A stretch of DNA of 14,411 nt from Fonticula alba ATCC 38817 (lineage: Eukaryota > Protista > Nucleariida), in NCBI GenBank assembly GCA_000388065.2, contig KB932204.1. One strand, written 5' to 3'. Position 1 is the first letter of the stretch. Every line of letters starts with the position of its first letter. The translations under genes were made by a program, and so were the position numbers. The notes below the pieces were generated by a model, which made no database searches, was not told where the DNA came from, and saw only the letters and a program-made list of their open reading frames with translations. Of the stretch, positions 1-9,381 are shown piece after piece.

Positions 1-285
1 CTCCCTCCCTCCCTCCCTCTCCCCCCGCCTCCTGTTGCTTGCCTCTTGCTTCCTGTCCCGGCCCTGCGCCCGGATGGGAGCAGATGCTGGCGTCTGCCCT
101 GTTCTCCCGGGGGTTTCTTTTGTCACTCGGAGGACGAATTGCTCACTCTCGCCCCTTCTAAATCGCCGAACCCCCATGCCCGGCTGTCCACACTCCTTCA
201 TCCTCCCGGCTGCCCTCTGCACTGCGCCTGCTCATTCGTGCGCGGCTCCTTGTGCACCCGTGCCCGTGGGAACACCGCATGGCAG

Positions 286-2846
286 AGCTTCTTCAATGTC
301 AGCGGCTGGCCGGTCGTGGACAAGGGCCTCTCGGCGCTCGAGCTGAGCCAACTCCACCAGTACAATTTGCTGGTGAACACCGTGACCCGCCTGTCGGAGG
401 AGGCCCAAAAGAGTGGCCTGCCGAATACGATTCTGTCGCGCTTCCGCAAGGGCGACTATGACAGCAGCGACACGGATGAATTTTTCGATGTTCGGCCAAT
501 TCTCACCGGCTTCGCGGCCAACATCATGTGCTCCGGGGTCTTCGTGGCTGGCATCCATGAGCAAACGGTCTTCCGCGAGGATGTCGACCTGGTCCGGCTC
601 TTTGTCACGGTGACCGTGGACTATCAGGAGAAGTCGGTCACGGCCAAGTTGCGGTATGGGACTTGGACCTTTGATGGTTCTTCTTTCTCCTCCTCCTCCT
701 CCCCCGTCACACCTCGTGCTGCCTCGCAAACGAGGTGGCCCGCTCTCCCGCTCGGCTGACACCCGCCTCGATGATGACGATAATGATGATGATGGCTGGC
801 TGTCGCCCTGGAACATCGGCTTGTCCGTCGGTGTGCAATGTCTGCCATGTACGCGCCGTAACTCGGCCACGCTCTTGCCACAGGGTCGGCAAGGAAACCG
901 CCAAGTCCATTTACCGCCCTGGTGTCGGCTGCACCATCGTGACGGGGGATGAGCTTTTCGAGCTGGTCAAGAACGAGGACCTCGGCGATTTGACACCCAA
1001 GGAGTACCCGGACGATCGGTACCACCAGTGGCCCGAAGGGGAGATGGTCCTCTCGCAACCGGACATCGATGTGAACCTGTGCGTCCGCCGGGGCAATTTC
1101 GTGCCCGGGGCTTCGAAGCCCGCCCGATTGACATGCTGGGGGGGGGGGAGAGAGAGAGGGACTCAGCTATGTGGATGATGGCTGGGAACATGCCTGCACA
1201 TGTGCGCCTGAGCTGACGCATTTGCCTTGCCCCTGCGCGATGCTCCAAACGCCTGGATGGGCGTGCGGGACGCGGGGATGGGACAGCCGCAAGCTGAAGC
1301 GCATCATCAACTCGGACTTCATGAGTCTCTCGCACAACCCCCGTGCGGTGATCATCGTCCACCGGGGCCGGATCATCCACGAGCAATATGGCAATCGCGG
1401 GGGGATCGGCCCGCAGACCCTGTTCCTGGGCTGGTCCATGACCAAGACCGCCACCAACATGATGCTCGGCTCGGCCCTCTACCAGGGGCACATGAATGTG
1501 GATTTGGACAATGATCCGATCGACGTGCCCGAATGGCAGGCCACCCCGGGGGACGTGCGCCGCCGCATCACCTGGAAGAATATGCTGACCATGAGCAGCG
1601 GCATCGATTGGTTCGAGATTTCCCGGTCACCCGAGTGCCTGTTCCAGACGTCGGACTGCGCGCGCAACTATGCCGGCGGCCAGCAGGCCTTCGCCCCGGG
1701 GCTCATTTACTCCTACTCCACCGGCGGCTCCACCCTGCTGGCTCGGACCATCTTGCAAAAGGCCCGCCCTGCCACCGGGCAGACGCCCCACGAGTATGCC
1801 CTGCGGAATCTCATCGACAAGGTGGGCATGCGCCGTGTCGAGTGGGAGGCCCACCCGCCACGACGCTCTTCCGATCTGGCGGCCAGCAGGCCTTCGCCCC
1901 GGGGCTCATTTACTCCTACTCCACCGGCGGCTCCACCCTGCTGGCTCGGACCATCTTGCAAAAGGCCCGCCCTGCCACCGGGCAGACGCCCCACGAGTAT
2001 GCCCTGCGGAATCTCATCGACAAGGTGGGCATGCGCCGTGTCGAGTGGGAGGCCCACCCGCCGGGCTACAAGCTTGGCGGGTCGGGGATGTACGCACGCG
2101 CGCGCGATTGGGCCCGCTTGGGGCTGGCGCTCATGCGCGATGGCCTGGTGGACGAAGTGGCTCCGGTGGGCGCGCGCGTGGTCGTCGACAGCGGGAAGCA
2201 CTTTGCCGGGGATGGCGACGCCACCGGCGGAGGGGACCCCGGGTATGATGGTCAGGCACGCATCCTGTCCCCCCTGCTGGACAAGCTGAAGAACATCGGA
2301 TCGGCCATCGGCGGGGGGGCCCTGAAGCCGGGGACTCCGGTACCATCGTCCCCGGCGCCCGATGGCTCGCAGCCCATCGGCATGACGGTCACCAAGCGCA
2401 TCCTGCCCGAAGGGTGGTACAAGTACACGTGCACACCGTCCGAGTCGAACCCCTTCTATGGGAAGCATGTCAAGATGGCCATGATCAAGACCACCGGCGA
2501 GCAGATTTGCTATGCCAATGGCTTCCGCAATCAGGACATCGTCATGATCCCCTCGCGCGAGCTCATCATTGTCCGCATGTCCATGCCGTCCTTCGCGACC
2601 TTCCTGTCGTGGAGCCGGATGTCGTACATCGAGCGCANNNNNNNNNNNNNNNNNNNNNNNNNNNNNNNNNNNNNNNNNNNNNAGATTTGCTATGCCAATG
2701 GCTTCCGCAATCAGGACATCGTCATGATCCCCTCGCGCGAGCTCATCATTGTCCGCATGTCCATGCCGTCCTTCGCGACCTTCCTGTCGTGGAGCCGGAT
2801 GTCGTACATCGAGCGCATCGCCTCTTGCTTCCCCCGGGTACATTGA
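286..2846 (+). CDS. Beta-lactamase-family (class C / 6-aminohexanoate-dimer hydrolase-like) serine hydrolase, spliced, 5' end not resolved in window
   Basis: Inferred exons are 286-653, 884-1078 and 1287-2846. Introns are 654-883 (GTATGG..CAG) and 1079-1286 (GTGCGT..CAG), and both joins keep frame (LR|VGKETAKSIYRPGVGCT; DVNL|RKLKRII). Removing the artefactual inserts 1860-2062 and 2638-2817 gives one 579-aa frame ending at TGA 2844-2846. Motifs: catalytic S-M-T-K (1435-1446, LGWSMTK), ITWKNMLTMSSG, YSYSTG (Y-x-x), GGSGMYARARDWARLG, RILPEGW, ANGFRNQDIVMIPSRELIIVR. The acceptor at 284-285 follows about 150 nt with no AG, and no convincing start codon lies upstream within the window. Confidence 0.85.
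1675..2062 (+). repeat. 185-bp direct duplication (1675-1859 and 1878-2062), artefactual
   Basis: Both copies run from GGCGGCCAGCAGG to CCCACCCGCC, appear identical and are separated only by the adapter. The same peptide appears in two frames of the ORF track. Confidence 0.92.
1860..1877 (+). other. Illumina adapter remnant (ACGACGCTCTTCCGATCT), an assembly contaminant
   Basis: Exact match to the 3' end of the Illumina paired-end/TruSeq read-1 adapter (...CTACACGACGCTCTTCCGATCT). It lies precisely between two identical 185-bp copies of coding sequence. Confidence 0.95.
2503..2817 (+). repeat. 135-bp direct duplication flanking an N-gap (2503-2637, N 2638-2682, 2683-2817), probably an unmerged contig overlap
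   Basis: The sequence AGATTTGC...GAGCGCA appears identical on both sides of 45 Ns. The peptide ICYANGFRNQ...SYIER is repeated. Confidence 0.88.
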
Positions 2847-3750
2847 CAGGCCCGGGGAGCCTTGCGGGATGCCGGGGCCGGGCCTCTTCCGGTGGAAGGC
2901 CGCGAGTGGCGGTCCACCGAGGCGGGGCCCGTTGCTCGTGTACTCGGCGCGGAGTCGGGCGGCGCACCCACACCGACCGAGGAAGACCGGCCAAAGATCG
3001 TGATAGGAACCGCGCTCGCCACAGGCAGAAGCGCACTTGCATGACCGAGCGGGGGTCGGCAGGCGGGGGAGGGGAGGCCTTTGGACAGTGTCCCAAGAGC
3101 AACATGTGAGGAATGGGACCGACCAGGCGAGGCCCGCCGCACACCATCCCTTGTCAGGCAAGAATAAGTCAAGTAGTTGAAGTAGCCATTTGAAGCAAGA
3201 GACTCGAGCAGGAGGGGGGGGGGGGAGAAAGGAGGAAGAGGCGGCGGAAGGGGACGGTCGTGGCGGCTTGGGGGGAGGGGGGGTCACTCTTTTTTCTTTT
3301 TTGCCAAGACGTGAGAACCAAGCAAATACCGTTCGGGATCAGATGCCTACGGAGGGGAAGGTGACTGGGTGGGATGGGTTTGCTCAAGTGCGGGAGGGGG
3401 GCGCAAGAGGAAAGGGGAACAACAGTCATATGGATCTGATGCCATGTGTCCGGAGCCAAGAAGGATCGTATGTTTGCAGCTATATTTAAGGGCATCCCTG
3501 TGCTCGAGAGAGAGAGAGAGAGGGAGAAAAAAAAAGAAAAAAGACACCCCACCCAGGGGGCGTGAGATTAGTGAGGGAGGAGAGGGAGGAGAGGGAGGAT
3601 ATGGGGGGGGGGGGGGGGATAGAGATCTGTTCACCGATGGAGATATTACGCCAGCCCCCTCGCATTCCTGGACCTGGCCGCGGGAGATGGCATAACCATC
3701 AAACGGCAAGAGAGGGGGGGGGGTCATAATTTCTTGCTTTTCCTCTGCCG

Positions 3751-3773
3751 CCACCACCACCACCACCACCACC
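3751..3773. repeat. (CCA)n trinucleotide microsatellite
   Basis: ccaccaccaccaccaccaccacc, lying in the interval between the converging hydrolase and PAP2 genes. Confidence 0.85.
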
Positions 3774-4133
3774 AAGGCGAAGAGCTCAGGGAGGGGCATA
3801 TGGCTGCCGGAGGCGGGAAAGCGAGGGCGCCGGTCCACAGGGTGTCGACATTCTGCCAAATGGGAGTGATTCGACCCACACACCAAGGAGAAGGGAGAGG
3901 CAGGAGGAAGGCGGCACTGCACCGGAGGCGGGACGACAGCAGCGGGGGGAGGGGAGGGAGGCGATAATCAAGGACAAAGGAGAAGAAGATCACACAAGTT
4001 CAGAAACCATGAGCACCTGAGTGCGCGCGGGTGGTCGGAGGGGGAGAGGAAGGGGAATGAAGGCAGAGGGGAGGAGGAGGAAAGGAGAGGGAGGGAGGGA
4101 GAGAGGGAGAAAGAAAGAAGGCAGTCTCGCCGT

Positions 4134-5311
4134 CTAGACGGGGGAAATGTTGGAGCCGGAGCTACGATCGCCGAGAGAGTTCAGGGGGAAACCGTCCTCG
4201 GAGGGCGACAGAAACCGATAATCCTGGGGGGGGCGGTTGTAATGGCGCTCGACGGGGAAGTAAGAGTAGAACACGACGAAGAGAACAATCAAGCCTGGGA
4301 ATTGGCACGATGCGGAGGACAAGCGGCGGAGGAGGAAAGGAGCACGCGTCAGGAAGTGAGACAACAGGGGGGAGAGAGAGAGAGAGAGAGAGGGCACTTG
4401 AACGGGGTGCGCACCGAGGATACCACCGGCCAGGATGTCGCCCGGGTGGTGGCGATTGTCGACGACACGGCTGAGGGCGATGAGGCCAGCACCGACGAAG
4501 GGGATGGAGGCCAACACGGCACGAAGGCCGAAGCCGCGGCTGCCGAGCCCGGCACGGCGACCGCAGGGGATCAGGTCGTTGCTCAGGAGATCGATGTTCT
4601 CGTAGATGTAGAGCCCGGCAAAGCCGAGGGCCGAAAAGGAGAAAGACGAGTGGCCGGAGGGGAAGGACCGGCGGCCCTCATCGACGATCTCCTTGGCCCC
4701 GGTGCAGGTCTTGGTGACGGCGTCGTACATGCACCGAGACCAGAAGTCCGGCCGGAAGCGGCCGACATACTCCTTGAAAATGTGGGTGGCCAGCAGAGTG
4801 ATACCGACGATGGTGGCGAAGCCTGATTTTGTGGCCCCGCCGGACGGGGGACGGGGGGGGGAGGCAGAGGAGGAGGAGGAAGCCGAAGGGCATATGGGTG
4901 AGCAAAAGCACGGGGCATGGCGAGAGGGGGGAGGGGCCGGGAGAGGGGCCGGGAGGGGGCTTGGGCAATGAAGGGAAGAGGGGCCGCACAGATGATGGCC
5001 TCAACGATGTCCGGGCGGCGGCGGCGGAGGTGGCGCATGAGGGATCCAAGCAGGACAATCAGAGTCGGGCATACAAGGCAAATGATGATGAGCATGGCGT
5101 TGGGCACGCGCTCCGGCTCGGCCACCGGCAGCCAAGTCTCCGGCGGGGGGATCTCGCCCGGGAGGGGGCGCTCATGCAACGGCAGGAGGAAGTATGTGAT
5201 AATATAACTGACACCGATGATCAGCAGGCCAACCAGGTCGGGGAAGATGGTCCGCAGGAAGAACCACGGTGACCCGTAGACCTCCTTGAAGGAGGGGTAG
5301 TCGGAGGACAT
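4134..5311 (-). CDS. PAP2-superfamily lipid phosphate phosphatase (DPP1/LPP/PLPP-like), 3 exons, 296 aa
   Basis: Exons are 5311-4990, 4822-4415 and 4294-4134 (891 nt, ATG MSSDY... to TAG). Introns are 4989-4823 (GTGCGG..CAG) and 4414-4295 (GTGCGC..CAG), both phase 1. Splicing reveals motif C1 KEYVGRFRP, which no single ORF in the track shows, plus C2 SFPSGHS and C3 SRVVDNRHHPGD, with several hydrophobic membrane-spanning segments. Confidence 0.93.
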
Positions 5312-5387
5312 GATACTGCTCTTGGTCGACAAGATTGCGAGGTGGCAAGGAGGGAGAGGGAGGCGGGGGGGGGGGGGNNNNNNNNNN

Positions 5388-5434
<47 letters not shown>

Positions 5435-5668
5435 TCGGTGTCTGGGCGACTTGGCGAGGATGGCCAGCGGATCGGTGCGAATTGAATGCCCTCGGGCAGC
5501 GCATTAGGAAATGAGGGCCGGGGGCGGTTGGAGGGATCGGATTTGGGGTCAGGCCGGGGCGCGGTGCCAGCACCCAACAAGGGAACACATATTGCCAACT
5601 GCCAGGATCTGCCCCGCACGCTGGCGGCCACGCCGACACTCACGAGGATATAAATCCGCAGACACGCA

Positions 5669-5744
5669 TGCACACACACACACACAGACACACACGCACA
5701 CACACACACATACACACATACACACATACATACATACATACATA
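5669..5744. repeat. Compound (CA)n/(TACA)n microsatellite
   Basis: cacacacaca...tacatacatacata, upstream of the PAP2 start codon. Confidence 0.85.
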
Positions 5745-8660
5745 TCCCCCGTCCCTGCGCCCCACATCCGGAGACTCGTGCGGTGTTTCCTCCGGGACAT
5801 CCCCCAAGAGAGCCGGCCATCTGAGCGGCGCGCCCCGAGGGGGGGGGGGGGCCATTTGCTGGGCGTGAAATTCCTTGCCTAGCCGAAGAGCTGGGAAGTT
5901 GCGGGGCCCGAATGGGCGGCGGGGGGGCCGAGGAGTGTCCGGGCAGACTCAGGGGACTTCTGATGCGATGGTGGTGCGGCCCATTTCGCGCCGAGGAGTC
6001 AGCGGGAGGAAATAACCGACAAGGCCCTCACCGGCGGCCGCATCTCATCGGACCGCCTCACGCGCTGGGACAGCGAACCGCCAGGGGAGACGGATCCCAG
6101 CGAGTGGCTGTTATGCGCGCCTCGGCGCCGGTAAATGTTGGGGGGAACACAAGAAAGGGCAAGCCAGATGAGGAGGGGGGGGGCGTGCTTCATATTTGCC
6201 CGACCGGCCACGGGTCCCTGGACGCTTCGCGCGGTCTGGCCACAAAAACGCCCGCGGGAAATCCACCATCCGCCGGGGGCGGAACGGGGGCTTGCCGGCC
6301 TGGGCCCTGGGTTCGGTGCGCGGTCGGGGAGAGAACATCAGACAGGCAACTGCGCCTCTTCGGCCGGCCGGTGCCGCGCGGTTCCCCCCAAGATCGGCAG
6401 AGAATCCTTCTTTTGGGAAGGTACCCCTGGTCTCTCGTGGGGGGGGGGGGGGGGGGGGGGGGCAAGTCCCTCCCCTTGCCNNNNNNNNNNNNNNNNNNNN
6501 NNNNNNNNNNNNNNNNNNNNNNNNNNNNNNNNNNNNNNNNNNNNNNNNNNNNNNNNNNNNNNNNNNNNNNNNNNNNNNNNNNNNNNGGGGGGGGGGGGGG
6601 GACCGGCGAGCGCGTGGTCATATACGGCCGCAAGTCGTCGGGGGGCATTATTCTTGTGCTTCAGAGCGCAATAGGGACGCCGCTGCTCCAAGGAACGGAG
6701 GGGCGCGGTCGCGCGCGCGCGCATGCATTTGGCCGATGATGAATCATATGCAACACCCAGCCCCAAGGGCAGACCAAGTCGGAGTTTATGGGCGAGGCAA
6801 GCCGGCCCGGAATAAGAACGCCATGGGGGAGTGGGGGGGGGGGGGGCGGTAAAAACGTCAAGGGGGAACTCCCTCGCAAGGCCGGTGGCCTGGGTCAGCG
6901 GGGGGGGGGGAGAGCGCCGCGCGCGGGGCGTGGGCGGGGGAACAGCACGAGATGGCGCGCGGCCAGGCTCGCTTGGGCCAACCCATGCGCCCCATGGCGC
7001 GGGCGCACACACCTTCGGCGGCACGCGGCCAGCAGGGGCGCCCGAGGGCCCGAGAGGGGCCCGTGGACAGGAGCAACAGGGAGTCACCGGTCGCCCTCTT
7101 GCCCGGGAAAACAAACACACCTTCACCAGGCTGGCGGGGCGAGTCCACCTGCTGGGCATCCCGGGACAGACCGTGGAGCCCGCGACTCACACATAAGGGG
7201 GCGCGACACGCGCTCACGCTGTGTTGGCCGGGAGTCGGTCTCAGATGCATACCGGCCGGGAGGCAGGGGAAGGAATTCCAGCACCCAAGTGTGCAGGGTA
7301 ACACGCGTCAAGAAGCGGCATGGTGCGCCTGAAGCGGCAAGCTCTCCTCCCTTCATGTATCGCCTAGGGTCGGGGAGGGGAGATGGACACACAGGATGCC
7401 CCCGCAGGCCAGGCCTCGGCCAGCCAATCGGCACGGGCAGAGGGCGGCTGGTCGGCGAGCAGCAGCCTCCGCGTAGGGCAGACGCCCAGCGAGGAAGAAG
7501 CCGCCGGGGTGCGCAGGAGAAGCAACAAGGCTGCCCGATGCAGGGCCCCCGGGCACTTGAGCGAACAACATGGCGGCCTTCCCAGGGACACAATTAAGGG
7601 ACCCACACGGAGGGCAATATAGGGGCATCAAGGGGCACACGCGCTCGTGTGCTCGCGCACCGGGCCCTCCCCTGGCAAAGGGGCCGTGTCCTTGTCGGAG
7701 GCGGCGCCCGACGCGACGCGGCGGGGCCAAGGAGACGCCTCGAGTACCCGGAGCCGGCGCGGCAAAGGATATCCGGCGGGGGGGGGGGCATACCGGGGAC
7801 CGGCGGCCTCCATATTCCGCGCCGAGGCGGGTATGTTGGCGAGCGAAAAATGCGCCGCAGAAAAGGACGGGGGATGACAGAGAGAGGCGGAGAATGTGCT
7901 GCTGCTGTTGCTGCCAACCAAAAGACGCACGCGGCTCGGGGAACTTTTGCCGCCGATTTGCCTGCGCATCCCGATTGGTCTGCTTGATGGTCCGGGGAGG
8001 GGGAGGGCGGGGCGGCGGAATCAAATGCCCCGGGATTCGGATTGAAGGAACCCCTCCGGTTCACACGCTGTGATCGCCCCGGGGGGGGGGGGAGGGGGGC
8101 AGGGCGGGGAGCCAGAGAACATTGGGCGGGAAGGGCCTATTTTTGCGCGCTCATTTGAAGGAGCGCCTCCGGGGGTGGGCGGGCGCAGCAGCGACTCCCG
8201 GGAAGGACCGTTGAGTCCGCGGTAATTGTGCTTCTAATAAGCCAACCCGCAGGTTGAACGGCAGCCCTTCCAATGGCAAGGATGCCCCCCTCGCCCCTTC
8301 ACACCGGCAAGGCACCCCCTCCTGCGCCCGCGAGTGTCTGGGCGCGCCCGCGTCCCCTCCCCCCCCCCCGTGCACCGGCGCCCGTTCCGCCGGGCCCCCG
8401 GGGGGCGCGGGGCGGGAGGGCGGGAAAGTTGGGAAACACCGAGACCTCGCGAAGATTGCCATATTGTTGTTCTCCCGGCCTCGCGCACGGGGCCATGTGA
8501 TACGGGGGTCAGCAGGGGGCCATTGAAATACGCGGAGGCCTACGTTATTTTCCTCTATATGTGCGTGTGGAGAAAAGGAAAGGGGCCTGCCCCCGCCCTT
8601 CGATCAATTACCACGCCGGTCTTCTCCCCCTCTTCCGGCCCCCCGCGCCCTAGCTCTCTG

Positions 8661-8720
8661 TCTCTGTGTCTCTCTGTGTCTCTCTGTGTCTCTCTGTGTC
8701 TCTCTGTGTCTCTCTGTGTC
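8661..8720. repeat. Tandem repeat of the 10-mer TCTCTGTGTC, 6 perfect copies
   Basis: Read directly from the sequence. There are no spacers between copies. Confidence 0.92.
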
Positions 8721-9036
8721 TCTCTCTCAGGGCGTCGGGGATTAGGGGAGTTTGGCATCCATCCTCGGTCCTCATCTTGAGCGGGAGGGGGGGGGAGGCG
8801 GGGGAGACAGAATTACACAGACAGATTGGAAAAAAGTATACACGCCCAACTCGGCGCCACGATTATGCACCACCCTGTCCCTCCACACCACACAAACACC
8901 GCTGTCTGGCCCAAGTGGCCTGGACACCTGTGCGTGCCCATGCAACGAGGCTCTCTTGTCCAAGGATCATCCCTTCCGTTCGCACTTCACAAAAAAAGCA
9001 GCATTATCCACAGGTAAAACGCAAACCGGCTCCACG

Positions 9037-9038
<2 letters not shown>

Positions 9039-9068
<30 letters not shown>
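9039..9068. repeat. (GA)15 microsatellite
   Basis: Perfect GA dinucleotide run followed by a degenerate GA-rich tail, about 300 nt downstream of the RasGAP stop. Confidence 0.9.
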
Positions 9069-9077
<9 letters not shown>

Positions 9078-9232
9078 GGAGAAAGAGGGGCTCTAAATGA
9101 CCAGATTGAAATCGGGAACAAGAGGAGGAGGAAGGGAGGAAAGCAGGGGAGCACAATGCACGGGGATATGGGACATTGGTTTGTTGTTGATGTTTATGGT
9201 GGATATATGTATATGGATTGTACACAACAAGA

Positions 9233-9263
<31 letters not shown>

Positions 9264-9381
9264 CAAGAAGGAGGACACACGAGTAGTGGCATGGAGAGAT
9301 AGAAGGAACGGGGACAAGGCGCGCACATGTGGATGAGCTTATAAAATCATGCACATATAAACACTCACACACACATACACA

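Noticed and set aside
84-161. Short ATG-initiated frame MLASALFSRGFLLSLGG... as the first exon or targeting peptide of the hydrolase
   Set aside because: It stops at TAA 159-161, and no plausible donor links it to the acceptor at 285.
1171-2846. Frameshifted pseudogene or programmed frameshift in the hydrolase
   Set aside because: The shift is fully explained by the adapter-containing duplication, and all catalytic motifs are intact.
1713-3287. 524-aa minus-strand ORF, plus + strand ORFs 4242..4826, 10611..11186 and 11987..12880
   Set aside because: These are antisense shadows of GC-rich coding exons, with no recognisable motifs.
3734-3967. ORF with a poly-His run
   Set aside because: It is the translation of the (CCA)n microsatellite in an intergenic/UTR region.
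8136-8147. ATTTTTG Sm-site-like motif suggesting an snRNA
   Set aside because: A 7-mer alone is uninformative, and no flanking snRNA stem-loops or conserved boxes were recognised.
5912-8526. Numerous 150-275 aa ORFs on both strands
   Set aside because: They are Gly/Arg/Pro/Ala-rich, run through homopolymers and N-gaps, often lack an ATG start and show no domain signatures, as expected by chance at this GC content.
8661-8720. Tandem 10-mer as a CRISPR array or telomeric repeat
   Set aside because: There are no spacers, the unit is too short for a CRISPR repeat, the context is eukaryotic and the position is internal. It is a simple repeat.
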